A stretch of DNA of 64,000 nt from an uncultured Chloroflexia bacterium (GCA_963823925.1 CAWGNI010000007.1:219333-283332), one strand, 5' to 3'. Positions 51,197-61,418 are shown, counted from the stretch's first letter. Notes: generated by a model from the letters alone, not told the origin. Numbers and translations: made by a program.

Positions 51197-52454
51197 GTGA
51201 GCGATACCGAGTCGAGCCGTCGCCCCGAGCCGAACGGCTTCTCCACGAGAGCGATCCGAGCCGCGTCACGTATCCCCAGGCTCGATCAGACGCCGACGAG
51301 CGTGCCGATCTATCAGACCGCCACGTTCGCCTCGGCCGACGCCGAGGAACTCGGCCGGGTCGTTGCCGACGGGCGAGCCGGCTACTCCTACAGCCGGATC
51401 TCGAACCCGACGACGATGGCGCTCGGCAGCACGTATGCCGAGCTTGCCGGGGGAGCGGCGGGGCTCGCCCTGGCGTCGGGGATGGGGGCGATCCACGCCG
51501 CCATCGCGTCGCTCGTCCGGGCCGGCGATCGGATCGTCGCCCCGGTGGCGAGTTACGGGTCCACCCGCGCCCAGATGACCCGGTTCTTCGGCGGGTTCGG
51601 TGTCGAGCTCGAGATCGTCGACATGACCGACCCGGGCGCCGTGGAGGCAGCCGTCGCCGGCGCCCCGACGCGGGTCCTCTATGCCGAGACGATCGCCAAT
51701 CCGACGACCCACGTGGCGGATCACGCGCTCCTGGCCGAGATCGCCCACCGCCACGGCGCGACGTACGTCGTCGACAACACGTTCGCCTCACCGTACGTCT
51801 GCCGGCCACTCGACCTTGGGGCCGACCTCGTCATCGAATCGGCGACGAAGTTCCTCAGCGGCCACAGTGACGTGATCGCCGGCGTCGTGGCTGGTTCGGC
51901 CGCCTCGATCGCGGCCGTGGAGAGGATCCAGATCGACACGGGCGCGACCCTCGGGCCATTCGAGGCGTTCCTGGTCCTCCGCGGGATCCTCACCCTCGCG
52001 ATCAGGATGGATCGCCAGGCGGCGACTGCCGCTTCGCTGGCCGCATGGCTGGAGCGCCAGGATGGCGTTCGATCCGTCCTCTACCCGGGCCTTCCCAGCC
52101 ACCCGCAGCACGACGTCGCGGCCCGCCAGTTCCGGGCCGGCGTCGCCGGCGGTATGTTCGCGTTCGAGGTCGCGGGCGGCCGGGACGCCGGGACGGGCGA
52201 TCATCGACACGATGCAGATCCCGGAGCTGACCGCCTCGCTCGGCAGCGTCCACACGATGGTCGTCCACCCGCCATCCACGTCGCATCGGCAGTCGGGCGA
52301 CGCCGACCTGCTGGCCGCCGGGATCACGCCGGGTCTGCTGCGGGTCTCGGTCGGCCTGGAGGACCTGGACGACCTGCAGGCGGACTTCAGCGCTGCCCTG
52401 GCGGCGGCCCGAGCCACCGGCGGACGGCCCGTCCCTGCGCTCGGCGCGGTCTAG
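51197..52454 (+). pseudogene. Cys/Met-metabolism PLP enzyme (cystathionine gamma-synthase/lyase / methionine gamma-lyase family), one frame change near 52188-52198
   Basis: FSTRAIRA..., YSRISNPT, the PLP lysine SATKFLSGHSDV, and ...MFAFEVAGGRDAG in the frame of ORF 51197. RAIIDTMQIPELTASLGSVHTMVVHPPSTSH...LLRVSVGLEDLDDL...* is in the frame of ORF 52062. Confidence 0.85.
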
Positions 52455-52456
52455 GG

Positions 52457-53908
52457 GCGATCGCCATCGCAAGCCCGGCCGCCATCTCGGCGGCGAACAC
52501 CGGACCCTCCACCCGGAACATCCCGGCGCGTCTCGGGTACGGCCTGTGGCGTCTGTTCACCTCGGTCGATTTCGCCGTCTTCCAGATCATCTTCCTGCTG
52601 CTCCTGGCCGTGATCGGGATGACCATCAAGCAGCTGCCCGACTTCGCTTTCCGTTCGACGACCGACTACGCCACGGCGATGGATCAGCTCCACGGTCGGT
52701 ACGACGCGGTCCTCGGTGCCGCAGTGGTGGACGCCATGGAGCGGCTGTCCCTGTTCGCCGTCTTCAGGTCGCCGTGGTTCAGTGCCGCGCTGGTCGTCCT
52801 CGTCATCTCCATCGTCGTCTGCACGCTGGATCGGACGCCGAAGCTGTGGCGCGGCGTCAGCGACATCCGGGTAGCGCAACCGGAGCCGTACTTCGATCCG
52901 GTCCTGCCCGATCGCGCCGCGATGGACGGCGTCGCCGCCGACGACCTCCGGGCGGTCCTGCGACGGGTCGGTTTCCGGGTCCGTGAGGCGACCGATACCG
53001 ATGGCACGCGCTACTTCTACGGGGACCGCCACCAGTACACGAAGATGGCGACGCTCCTCACCCACGCCGGACTGATCGTCTTCCTGGTCGCCGCCGCGGT
53101 GACCTCCCGATTGGGCGATGAACAGGGGTTGGTCGTCGCGGAGGGCCAGTCGCTGACCGTCCAGCCGATCGGCACGCCCGGCCTGTTGCTGGTCAAGAAC
53201 TTCGCGTTCGACGCGCCCGGGTTCGATTCCGGTCATCCGTCCGACTTCACGACCGACCTCGCCGTCTACCAGGATGGCCAGCAGATCGCCCGCAAGACGA
53301 TCCGGGTCAACGACCCGTTGTCGGTCGCCGGGTACACCTTCCACCAGAACGGGTTCGGACCCGCCCCGCACGTCGTCCTGCGCGATGCGAGTGGCGCGCT
53401 GCTGTGGGATGCGCCGGTCCCGATGACCGATGCGCTCGACGGCCTGCCGTTCACGTCGATCGGCGTCCCCGGTCGTGACCTGGGGCTCAAGCTGTTCCTC
53501 GACAAGGAGGCCGACGGGACCGGGGTCGTCATCGCCATCCCATATCGGGTGGCCGGGACCGCGACCGACGGCCAGCCGATCGAGGACCTCTATCAGGCGG
53601 TCGATCTCCACCAGGGCGACACGAGGGTGTCGCAGGCGCTCGACCTGTCCATCGGGCTCGTCGACATCGGCCAGTTCACGCTCCTGATCGCCAAGCGCGA
53701 CCCGGGCCAGGGGCTCATCTGGCTGGCGTTCGGCCTGCTCATCGCCGGGATCACGATCACGTTCTACCGACCCCGCCGCCGCGTCTGGACCCGGATCGCC
53801 CCTGACGGCCGTCTCGGGATCGTCTGGCGTTCGGACCGATACGTGGACGTCGAGCGCGAATTCGGGCACCTTCTCGACCAGCTGGTCGCCGTCCGACGCT
53901 CGACCTGA
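52457..53908 (+). CDS. resB: Cytochrome c biogenesis protein ResB/Ccs1 (start codon not identified)
   Basis: LWRLFTSVDFAVFQIIFLLLLAVIGMTIKQLP...FRSPWFSAALVVLVISIVVCTLDR...THAGLIVFLVAAAV...VNDPLSVAGYTFHQ...LIWLAFGLLIAGITITFY. It shares a frame with the upstream gene's shifted tail. There is no ATG, GTG or TTG between the TAG at 52452 and the first TM. Confidence 0.8.
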   Translation, partial: AIAIASPAAISAANTGPSTRNIPARLGYGLWRLFTSVDFAVFQIIFLLLLAVIGMTIKQLPDFAFRSTTDYATAMDQLHGRYDAVLGAAVVDAMERLSLFAVFRSPWFSAALVVLVISIVVCTLDRTPKLWRGVSDIRVAQPEPYFDPVLPDRAAMDGVAADDLRAVLRRVGFRVREATDTDGTRYFYGDRHQYTKMATLLTHAGLIVFLVAAAVTSRLGDEQGLVVAEGQSLTVQPIGTPGLLLVKNFAFDAPGFDSGHPSDFTTDLAVYQDGQQIARKTIRVNDPLSVAGYTFHQNGFGPAPHVVLRDASGALLWDAPVPMTDALDGLPFTSIGVPGRDLGLKLFLDKEADGTGVVIAIPYRVAGTATDGQPIEDLYQAVDLHQGDTRVSQALDLSIGLVDIGQFTLLIAKRDPGQGLIWLAFGLLIAGITITFYRPRRRVWTRIAPDGRLGIVWRSDRYVDVEREFGHLLDQLVAVRRST

Positions 53909-54100
53909 GGCGGTGGATCCAGGCCCGCCGGACCCCCGAACGGGCACGCCGATGACGCTTTGCAAGGGCATTGGAACCGAACCGCAACCGGCGGCCCTGC
54001 TAGCCTTGTAACGGCCGTTTCGCGCCCTTCCTTCGCGCGTCCGGCGCAACGGCCCGGGATCATTCCAGCCCTCCGCGACGTACCGATCGACAGGAGACCC

Positions 54101-56247
54101 ATGACCGCTCGACAGGCTGCGATCGCGGCCATCGCCACCCACCGCGTCGCCAAGACCCAGGACTACCTCAAGGACGCCGGCGCCGTCATCTTCGGCACCT
54201 ACGTCTTCCATGAAGTGGCCCAGCGTCAGTACCTCGCCAAGCCGATCTTCGAGAAGTTGCGGATGGCGATCGACGGCCTCGAGCCACTCGATCCGGAGAT
54301 CGTCGGAGCCGTCGCCCACGGCGTGAAGGAATGGGCGATGGATCACGGGGCGACCCATTACACCCACTGGTTCGTGCCGATGACCGGCTCGACTGCCGAG
54401 AAGCACGACTCGTTCCTGACGCCGACCGGGGATGGCCAGACCATCGCCGAATTCTCCGGGCAGAACCTCCTCCAGGGCGAACCCGACGCCAGCTCCTTCC
54501 CGTCAGGCGGATTGCGCGCGACATTCGAGGCGCGGGGCTACACCGGCTGGGATGTCACCAGTCCGATCTTCCTCCAGGTCGAACCGAACGGGGTAACCCT
54601 GACCATCCCGACCGCGTACGTGTCCTATACCGGCGAGGCACTCGACTTCAAGATCCCGCTGCTGCGTTCGCAGGAGGCACTGGCGACCCAGGCACTGCGC
54701 GTGCTGGACTGGTTCGAGAACACGACGGCCCACCGGGTCTTCACCAATATCGGTCCCGGAGCAGGAGTACTTCCTGGTCGACCGCCGGCTCGCCGAACAG
54801 CGACCCGACCTGCTCCTGACCGGCCGCACCCTCTTCGGCGCGCCGTCGCCGAAGGGCCAGGAGCTGGAGGACCAGTACTTCGGCCCGATCCGCGAGCGGA
54901 TCCTGGCGTTCATGATGGATCTCGACCGGGAGCTGTGGCGCCTGGGCATCCCGGCCAAGACGCGTCACAACGAGGTGGCTCCGGGCCAGTTCGAGATGGC
55001 GCCGGTCTACGAACCGACGTCGGTCGGCTCGGATCACAACATGGTCGTCATGAGCCATATGCGGCGACTTGCCTCGCAACATGGGCTGATGCTCCTGATC
55101 CACGAGAAGCCATTCTTCGGGATCAACGGATCGGGCAAGCACAACAACTGGTCGATGGCCACCGACAGCGGTGAGAACCTGCTCGACCCGGGCAACGACC
55201 CGCACGCGAACGCCCAGTTCCTGGCCTTCCTCGTGGCGGTCATCCGGGCGGTGAACGTCCACGCCGACCTCCTCCGAGCATCCATCGCCGACGCGGGCAA
55301 CGACCACCGCCTGGGCGCCAACGAGGCCCCGCCGGCGATCATGTCGATCTTCCTTGGCGCCCAGCTCGTCGACGTCATCGAGCAGCTCGAGAAGGGTCCG
55401 GCCGCGGCCTCCAAGAAGGGCGGCCCGTTGCGGCTCGGCGCGACGTCGCTGCCGGTCCTCGCCAGCGACGCCACCGACCGGAACCGGACGTCGCCATTCG
55501 CCTTCACCGGCAACAAGTTCGAGTTCCGAGCCGTGGGCTCGTCGGCTCCGATCTACTGGCCGCAGACGGTCCTCAACACCGCCGTCGCCGAGTCGCTCAA
55601 GCAGCTCGCGGACGAGCTCGACAAGCTCGACCACGGCGACTTCCAGAGCCTGACCTCGATCCTGTCGTCGATCGTCCGGGACAACAAGCAGGTCCTGTTC
55701 GAGGGCAACGGCTATTCCGAGGAATGGCATGCCGAGGCAGCTCGCCGCAAGCTGCCGAACAACCGGACCACGGTCGATGCGCTGCCGTCGCTGACGACCA
55801 AGACCGCGAAGGGCCTGTTCTCGTCGTTCGGCGTCCTGTCCGAACGGGAGCTCCAATCGCGGGTCGACATCAGCTGGGAGCGCTACATCAAGGTCTCGGA
55901 TATCGAGGCGAGCTGTGCGTTGGATATCGCCTCGACGATGATCCTTCCTGCCACGGCCCAATACCTCGGCCAGCTTGCCGGGCGCCCCGTCGTCGCGCGG
56001 GATCAACGCGGTCTGCGAACGCGTCTCCGGGCTTGCCGATGCCCTCGTCGATGCCATCGCCGCGCTCGAAACGAGCCAGCACGCCGCCCATGAAGCGGGG
56101 TCTCCGCAGGACGAGGCGAAGGTGTTCGTGACGGAGGTCCTCCCGGCCCAGGAGGCGCTCCGCGAGGTCGTCGACGAGCTCGAGACGCTCGTGGCCGACG
56201 ACCTCTGGCCGCTGCCCAAGTATCGCGAGTTGCTGTTCCAGTACTGA
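54101..56247 (+). pseudogene. glnN: Type III glutamine synthetase (GlnN), two frame changes
   Basis: AGGAGA RBS. ...[20 protein letters not shown]...[13 protein letters not shown]...FTNIGP | EQEYFLVD...[16 protein letters not shown]...[16 protein letters not shown]...[11 protein letters not shown]...[23 protein letters not shown]... | ...DDLWPLPKYRELLFQY*. Frame changes lie near 54755 and 55975. Confidence 0.85.
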
Positions 56248-56355
56248 GCGGGTAGCGGGCCTGCCCCCGCCGACTCTCGGTTCCGTCATCATGTACGGGT
56301 CAGGCGGGCCGATATCGACCGCTACCCGAAGCAGCTCTAGAGGGACTCGACCGCG

Positions 56356-56622
56356 ATGGATCAGACCACACTCATCGGCACGGGCTTCGTCGTCCTGGCG
56401 GCCGTCGTCTGGATCGTGTGCGCGGTGTACGCGTACCAGAACGCCCCCAAGTTCGGCCGCAGTGCCGTCCTCTGGACGGTCCTGTGCGTCATCTTCGGGC
56501 CGATCGCCCTGATGATCCTGTACGTCCTGCCGAAGCACGAGCCGGTGCACGCCGCCGGGCATGCCAAGAAGAAGTCGGACTCGCACGACGATCTCTACGA
56601 GGTCCCCAAGAAGCATCACTGA
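56356..56622 (+). CDS. Small two-TM membrane protein with basic tail
   Basis: LIGTGFVVLAAVVWIVCAVYAY and AVLWTVLCVIFGPIALMILYVL. Coding-like codon usage. No family was recognised. Confidence 0.55.
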   Translation: MDQTTLIGTGFVVLAAVVWIVCAVYAYQNAPKFGRSAVLWTVLCVIFGPIALMILYVLPKHEPVHAAGHAKKKSDSHDDLYEVPKKHH

Positions 56623-56689
56623 CGTGGTGCTCGCAGGGCACCAGCGCGGCGACGTCGTGCCCTCGCGGGTTGGCCCAGCGGCCTAGGCC

Positions 56690-57953
56690 ATGGTCCGGCA
56701 CGATACGTCGATGTCGTCGGAGTCGCCGGTCCGGATCCACCCGATGCGATCGCTCGGGTTGCTTTCGGTCGCCCACGCCATCAACCACGCCCAGGCGGTC
56801 GTCCTGCCCCTGATCTTCCTGAAGATCATCGATGAGTACGGCGTCGGCGTGGAAACGATCGCGTTCCTGGCGGCGATCGGGGCGTTCCTGTCCGGGATGG
56901 TCCAGCTCAGTTATGCGGGACTCACCCGGCTCGTCTCGCGGCGACGCCTGCTGGGTATCGGCGGACTGCTGTTCGGTGGCGGTTTCGCGCTCCAGGCCTT
57001 CGCCACCAGCTTCGCCACCTTCGCCATCCCGAACGTCGTGTCGCGGATCGGCGGGTCACCACAGCATCCCGTCGGGAACGGGCTCCTGGCGGAGCAGTTC
57101 CCGGCCCAACGGCGCGGTTTCGCGATCAGCGCGCACATCGCCGGCGGGAACATCGGGACCGTCGTGGTCGCCGTCTTCGGGGTGCCGATCATCCTGGCCG
57201 TCGGCTGGCGCGGCGCCGCGATCGTGTTCGGACTGCCGGCGATCGCGGTGGCGATCCTGATCCTCCTGTTCGTCCGGGAACGTGGCACGGACCGCGCCGC
57301 GGCCAGGGCCAGTGGGACCGTTCGGGCGGCATTCGGGCGTATCCTGCGCGACCGCGACCTTCGCTGGCTCTATCTGACCGCGGCGCTGGGCGGCGGGGGC
57401 CGCGGACTCGGTGTCGTGAACCTGTTCGCGCTCATCTACATGACCCGCGTCGTGGGCCTCGACGACGCGACATCCGGGTTGATGTATGGGGTGCTGATCG
57501 TCTTCTCCGTCCCGATGCCGCTGATCGCCGGCTGGCTGTCCGACCGGATCGGCAGGAAGCCCCTGATCATCGGCGTGTACCTGGGCGGGGCGCTCGGGTT
57601 CGTCGTCTTCCTGGCCGCCGGGTCGTCCCTGTTCTGGATGTGGATCGGGATCGTCCTGATGGGCCTGTTCACGTTCTCCGAAAGCCCGCAACTCCAGGCG
57701 CTCCTTGGCGACATCGCGCCACCGTCGTCACGCGACGCCTCCTACGCGTTCTACTTTGCGATGGCCTTCGGGATCGGATCGCTCTGGACGATCCTGTACG
57801 GCATCGTGATCGATGTCATGGGCGAAGCCCAGGGCGTGCCGGTCGTCTTCATGCTGATGGCGCTCGACCTTCGTCCTGGCGGCACTTGCGACCGTGCCGA
57901 TCCGGGCGGCCCAACGAGCGCGGGAGAACGCGACCTTCGAGGCCGGGCTCTAG
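56690..57953 (+). pseudogene. MFS transporter, one frame change near 57860-57872
   Basis: Twelve-TM-like profile with RLVSRRRLLGIG and SDRIGRKPLII loops. The last helix and stop ([28 protein letters not shown]) are in the +1 frame. ORF 56690 otherwise runs on into antisense sequence. Confidence 0.8.
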
Positions 57954-58849
57954 TAGTCGTACCTCGCCGCTGCGGCCCCGATCCGTTCGCCGCTAGGCGA
58001 CACGACGAACCACTTGCCCCCAATGCCCTGGCCGTTGGTGTCGCCGGCGGCGGCGTCGGTCGCGAAGTAGTAGAGCGGCACGCCGTTGATCGCGACCTGG
58101 AGCGTGCCGTCTGATCGCGCGAACGTCGACACGGTGCCGGTCACGCCGTCGGCAGCCGTTGGCGTGACTCCTGCCGCGACGACCAGTGGTGGCCACGTCT
58201 CCGCGCAGCCGCCCTCGCAGGTGCTGGTATCGGCGGAATCCGGGGTGAACAGGTAGAGCGTCTTGCCGTCAGGCCCGACCAGGAAATCGCCGAGTGCACT
58301 CGTGCCGATACCGACCGTCGGCGCTGCCGCGGCGGCCCCGATCTGCTCGCCGCTCGGTGACACGACGAACCACTTGTCCCCCACGCCCTGGCCATTGGTA
58401 TCGCCAGCAGCGGAGTCGCCGGCGAAGTAGTACAGCGGCACGCCGTTGACCGCCACCTGGAGCGCGCCATCTGCGCGAGCAAAGGTCGACAGCGTGCCGG
58501 TCACGCCGTCGCCGGCGACCGGCTCGGCGCCGGCCTCGACTGTCAGTGCCGGCCAGTTGTCCGCGCAGCCGCCATCGCAGGTGCTGGTGTTGGCGGAATC
58601 CGGGGTGAACAGGTAGAGCGTCTTGCCGTCCGGCCCGACCAGGAAGTCGCCGAGTGCGCCGGTGCTGACGGTGACGGTCGCCGCGGCGACCTCCGGCGTG
58701 GCCACGATCGACGGCGCTGCCGCGCTCGGTTCCTGGGTCGGCGTAGAGCTTGCGGCCCCGCCAGATGACGAGCAGGCAGTGACCAGGAGCGCGACCGCTC
58801 CGACGGATGCCAGGGACCGGATTCGAAGACGGTGACGGATCGAGTGCAT
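57950..58849 (-). CDS. Lipoprotein with two COG4315/PF03640-type secreted repeats
   Basis: GGAGGA RBS. The lipobox is [12 protein letters not shown] at ATG 58849, internal to ORF 57950..59008. The module [32 protein letters not shown]...[30 protein letters not shown] occurs twice. Confidence 0.8.
   Translation of the reverse strand: MHSIRHRLRIRSLASVGAVALLVTACSSSGGAASSTPTQEPSAAAPSIVATPEVAAATVTVSTGALGDFLVGPDGKTLYLFTPDSANTSTCDGGCADNWPALTVEAGAEPVAGDGVTGTLSTFARADGALQVAVNGVPLYYFAGDSAAGDTNGQGVGDKWFVVSPSGEQIGAAAAAPTVGIGTSALGDFLVGPDGKTLYLFTPDSADTSTCEGGCAETWPPLVVAAGVTPTAADGVTGTVSTFARSDGTLQVAINGVPLYYFATDAAAGDTNGQGIGGKWFVVSPSGERIGAAAARYDY
57953..58680. repeat. Internal tandem duplication (about 2 x 360 nt) within the lipoprotein gene
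   Basis: The two halves are alignable base by base. One example is ggaatccggggtgaacaggtagagcgtcttgccgtc, which is present in both. Confidence 0.75.
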
Positions 58850-58978
58850 GCGGATTCCTCCAAAGCCAAGGGCGAGACCTGCCCATCGGTCCATACGTCG
58901 GGGTTGCGGGACCGGTTTTCCCTTCGGTGGCTCGCTTGCGCTATCATCCGCAAGCCCTGTACAACGGGCTCCCTCGGT

Positions 58979-59055
<77 letters not shown>

Positions 59056-59294
59056 GAACATCCGTTCTACGGATTCGTGCTCACGCGCGGCTCAAACGGA
59101 CCTTCAGCGGCCGTCCGATGTCGCACCGACGTACCTCACTGTCCCGTTCGGGCCAAACAGAGCTCGGCTATGGTGCATTGGCTCATCCGCCTTGGTGCCT
59201 TTGCGAGATTCAGATTCCGGTCACGGTCTTGAGTGTGTTCGAGGCGAACCCGGGCTTGGCGGGCTGCTCGAGGTCATCAAGCAGTGGGCGACGC

Positions 59295-59732
59295 CTATGG
59301 GCCAGGTTGATGGTGGGGACCGCCTTCCAGGTGCATACCCAGAACTTCAACGCGGCAGATGTCGTCCATCAGGATGAGAAGCAAGTCAGTCTCGATCCGC
59401 TCTTGAATCGCGAACGTGCCCTCGCAGTCTTGCCCGTTAACTTCGATCCATTTCGCGAGTGGGAGAGGGAGGGTCGACCAGTCGACGACGACCTCATCGC
59501 CCTGCGCGAACTCGGCGGTGCGTAGCGAAGGTCCGCCGGCCTCGTCGATGCGGATGGTCAAGGCATATGGTGCCAGCCGGGGATCTGATGTGAGGTGGAA
59601 GCTACCGGGCAGCGGCTCACCGACCAAAGTTGGCTCGGGAGACACGTTGGGTTGGACCATGCATCCGACTAGTGCGAGCGCGACGCCGGCTAGCCAGAGG
59701 ATTGAGCGGACCGCGCGTCGAGGCGAATTCAC
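59295..59732 (-). CDS. Lipoprotein, unknown function
   Basis: Lipobox LAGVALALVGC. It is the last gene of the islet operon, 4 nt after the upstream stop. The C-terminus may be affected by a frame change. Confidence 0.55.
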   Translation of the reverse strand: MNSPRRAVRSILWLAGVALALVGCMVQPNVSPEPTLVGEPLPGSFHLTSDPRLAPYALTIRIDEAGGPSLRTAEFAQGDEVVVDWSTLPLPLAKWIEVNGQDCEGTFAIQERIETDLLLILMDDICRVEVLGMHLEGGPHHQPGP

Positions 59733-59736
59733 ACGC

Positions 59737-60381
59737 CTATCCGTCCGCGGCCACGCACCCCGGCGTGGGCGTCGACGACGGGATGTCGAAGGTAGTGTCC
59801 AGGATCCGTATGACTACGCAGGCTCGCTGCGCAGTCAACCAGCTCACCCAGCGACTGTCGGACTCCCGGGTTGTGAGCCGTTCCCGCAACACCAGAACGG
59901 CATCCGAGAACGCCAGGACGTGGAGGCTTGGGTCGGTGGCGTACGCAGCTTCGAGCAGATCGTCTGGAATCTGCACCGGTCCCACAACCTCTGCCTTCAC
60001 AAGCCGGAACAGGACGAACATCCGAACTCGCTCGCGAAAGGCGGCCTCCTCGCCACCCTTCGGCAGCGAACGCGCGATGAGGTCGGTCTCACTCATTCCC
60101 CCAACCTCGCGAGCGACTTCATCATCGGAGACCTCGATGCCTCTACGCTGTGCCTCGCGCTGGACCAGGACCTGGTTGACCAGCGAGAGCAGGACGTCCT
60201 CCTCAGACACGCGAACCGTGCCATCAGGGGAGGTGAACACCTGGGCGTACTGGTCGTACGTGGCACGCGAGATCACGACCCCGTCGACAATCGCCACCCC
60301 GTCTGGTTTCGCCGCGAAGGCGACGAGAACCAGGACCGTTGCGAGGCAAGCTAGGATCGCGATCGTCGCGACCCGCCTCAA
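59737..60381 (-). CDS. SurA N-terminal-domain-like chaperone, membrane anchored (no PPIase domain)
   Basis: The TTG at 60381 overlaps the protease stop (TTGA). The TM helix is VATIAILACLATVLVLVAF. VAIVDGVVISRATYDQY...VLLSLVNQVLVQREAQRRGIEVSDDEVAREV follows the SurA_N pattern. Confidence 0.6.
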   Translation of the reverse strand: MRRVATIAILACLATVLVLVAFAAKPDGVAIVDGVVISRATYDQYAQVFTSPDGTVRVSEEDVLLSLVNQVLVQREAQRRGIEVSDDEVAREVGGMSETDLIARSLPKGGEEAAFRERVRMFVLFRLVKAEVVGPVQIPDDLLEAAYATDPSLHVLAFSDAVLVLRERLTTRESDSRWVSWLTAQRACVVIRILDTTFDIPSSTPTPGCVAADG

Positions 60382-61129
60382 TCGAACTTGTCCGCGTACA
60401 GCTCGAACATCGGGTGATCCCCGAGCCCGACGGGCACGACCTCGCACCAGAAATTCGGATACGAGTACTGGTTCTCCATCACATCATTTGTGTGCGAGTT
60501 GTTCGGATCGGGATATCGGTCGGGGTCGTTGAAGAGGTGGCTCACCTCGTGTTGCGTCGTGACCCAGCGGTTGTATGAGCTTGAGCTCCAATTCACCTCG
60601 GCCTCGTCCCCGTTGAGTTCGGCGCAACCGGAGTAATTGGTAGACGAGTTCTTCGCGAAGCCGATCAGGATGTCCGCGGTACCGGGGCTTAGGTCGGCCT
60701 TCAGGTCGTTCAGGAGGCCACAGGCGTTGACGCCCGAGTCCGGGCTCGAATCCCAGTTTGCGGTGCTGTACGTGACTAGGTCGAAGCCGAATTCGGTGTT
60801 CGTCGCGTTGTCGGCGGACTCGATCGCATTACCGGCGACGGTGAACGAGCTTGAACCGTAGTAGGAGCGCCATTCCTCGTCCGCTGCGAGCTTGACGTAG
60901 ATGGTGTGCGTGACGACGAGGGTCGTGATGTCGCCGGTGAGCTCATCGGTCGGCGCCTGATCGTTGCGGGCGACAAGGCGCGCGAGCTCAACGCCTGTCG
61001 GTGGCGCCGGATGAGGGCCGGTCGTAAGGGGGGTTCAGGCTTTGCCGCCGCCGCCGGGCTCGCGGGGAGCATCATGGCTGCCGTGAGCGCCATCCCGATA
61101 ATGAGAGCGCGAGTAGGGGACCGCTTCAT
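60378..61129 (-). pseudogene. Secreted HExxH zinc metalloprotease (reprolysin-like arrangement), frame broken at a G7/C7 tract
   Basis: AGGAGG RBS, ATG 61129, signal peptide MKRSPTRALIIGMALTAAMMLPASPAAAA. After the homopolymer at 61028-61034 the protein continues in another frame without a stop: ...ADILIGFAKNSSTNYSGCAELNG...NRWVTTQHEVSHLFNDPDRY...*. The length of 752 nt equals 3n-1. Confidence 0.7.
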
Positions 61130-61328
61130 GAGCGTCGTACCTCCTGCCAACGAACGCGCGCGGCACCAGCATACGACTACCAGCAACCACGCCGTATTGC
61201 GTCGCATGGCTCTCCGCGCCTGACGGCCACTCAGGCGATAGACGTGCGCAACCAACGTTCTGCCCCCGTAACCTTGATCGCAAGGGGCAAACTTGCCGGG
61301 ACATTAAGGTGCCTAAGGGTGGCTTGTC

Positions 61329-61345
61329 TCCTCTCGCCCCGACCA
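61329..61345 (+). repeat. Direct repeat copy 2 (attR-like partial tRNA-Pro 3' end)
   Basis: TCCTCTCGCCCCGACCA. There is no upstream tRNA body, so this is not a tRNA gene. Confidence 0.7.
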
Positions 61346-61418
61346 TTTGTTCTATTTCATGCTTGCCGCCGGCGCTATGGCTCGGCTCGTTGGGCCTAGT
61401 ACGGCGACCGCCACGGCC

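Larger units (their letters stand above)
59056..61328. mobile_element. Small tRNA-Pro-associated islet (integrase-less remnant candidate)
   Basis: A 2.27-kb segment flanked by a 17-bp direct repeat of the tRNA 3' end. It is visibly more AT-rich than the preceding 59 kb. It carries a three-gene minus-strand operon. Confidence 0.45.

Noticed and set aside
51197-53908. 903-aa ORF suggesting a PLP-enzyme/ResB fusion.
   Set aside because: The PLP enzyme's conserved C-terminus is in another frame and stops at 52454. The linker in the long ORF is Arg/Gly/Pro junk.
53909-54100. Glutamine riboswitch, or a GlnR, TnrA or NtcA box, upstream of glnN.
   Set aside because: No match to the motifs I can recall (GTnAC-n6-GAAAC, TGTNA-n7-TNACA, GTA-n8-TAC, glnA RNA core). 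Only a weak imperfect repeat was found (TTGCAAGG / CCTTGTAA).
58934-58955. 7-bp hairpin GCTTGCG...CGCAAGC just upstream of tRNA-Pro(CGG), considered as a terminator.
   Set aside because: No gene ends there, since the adjacent lipoprotein gene diverges. The loop contains a TATCAT hexamer that is more likely the tRNA promoter -10. The evidence is too weak to call either.
61321-61345. Possible third tRNA gene, because of the ...CTCTCGCCCCGACCA ending.
   Set aside because: Only the 3' 17 nt match tRNA-Pro(CGG). The upstream sequence cannot form D, anticodon or T arms.
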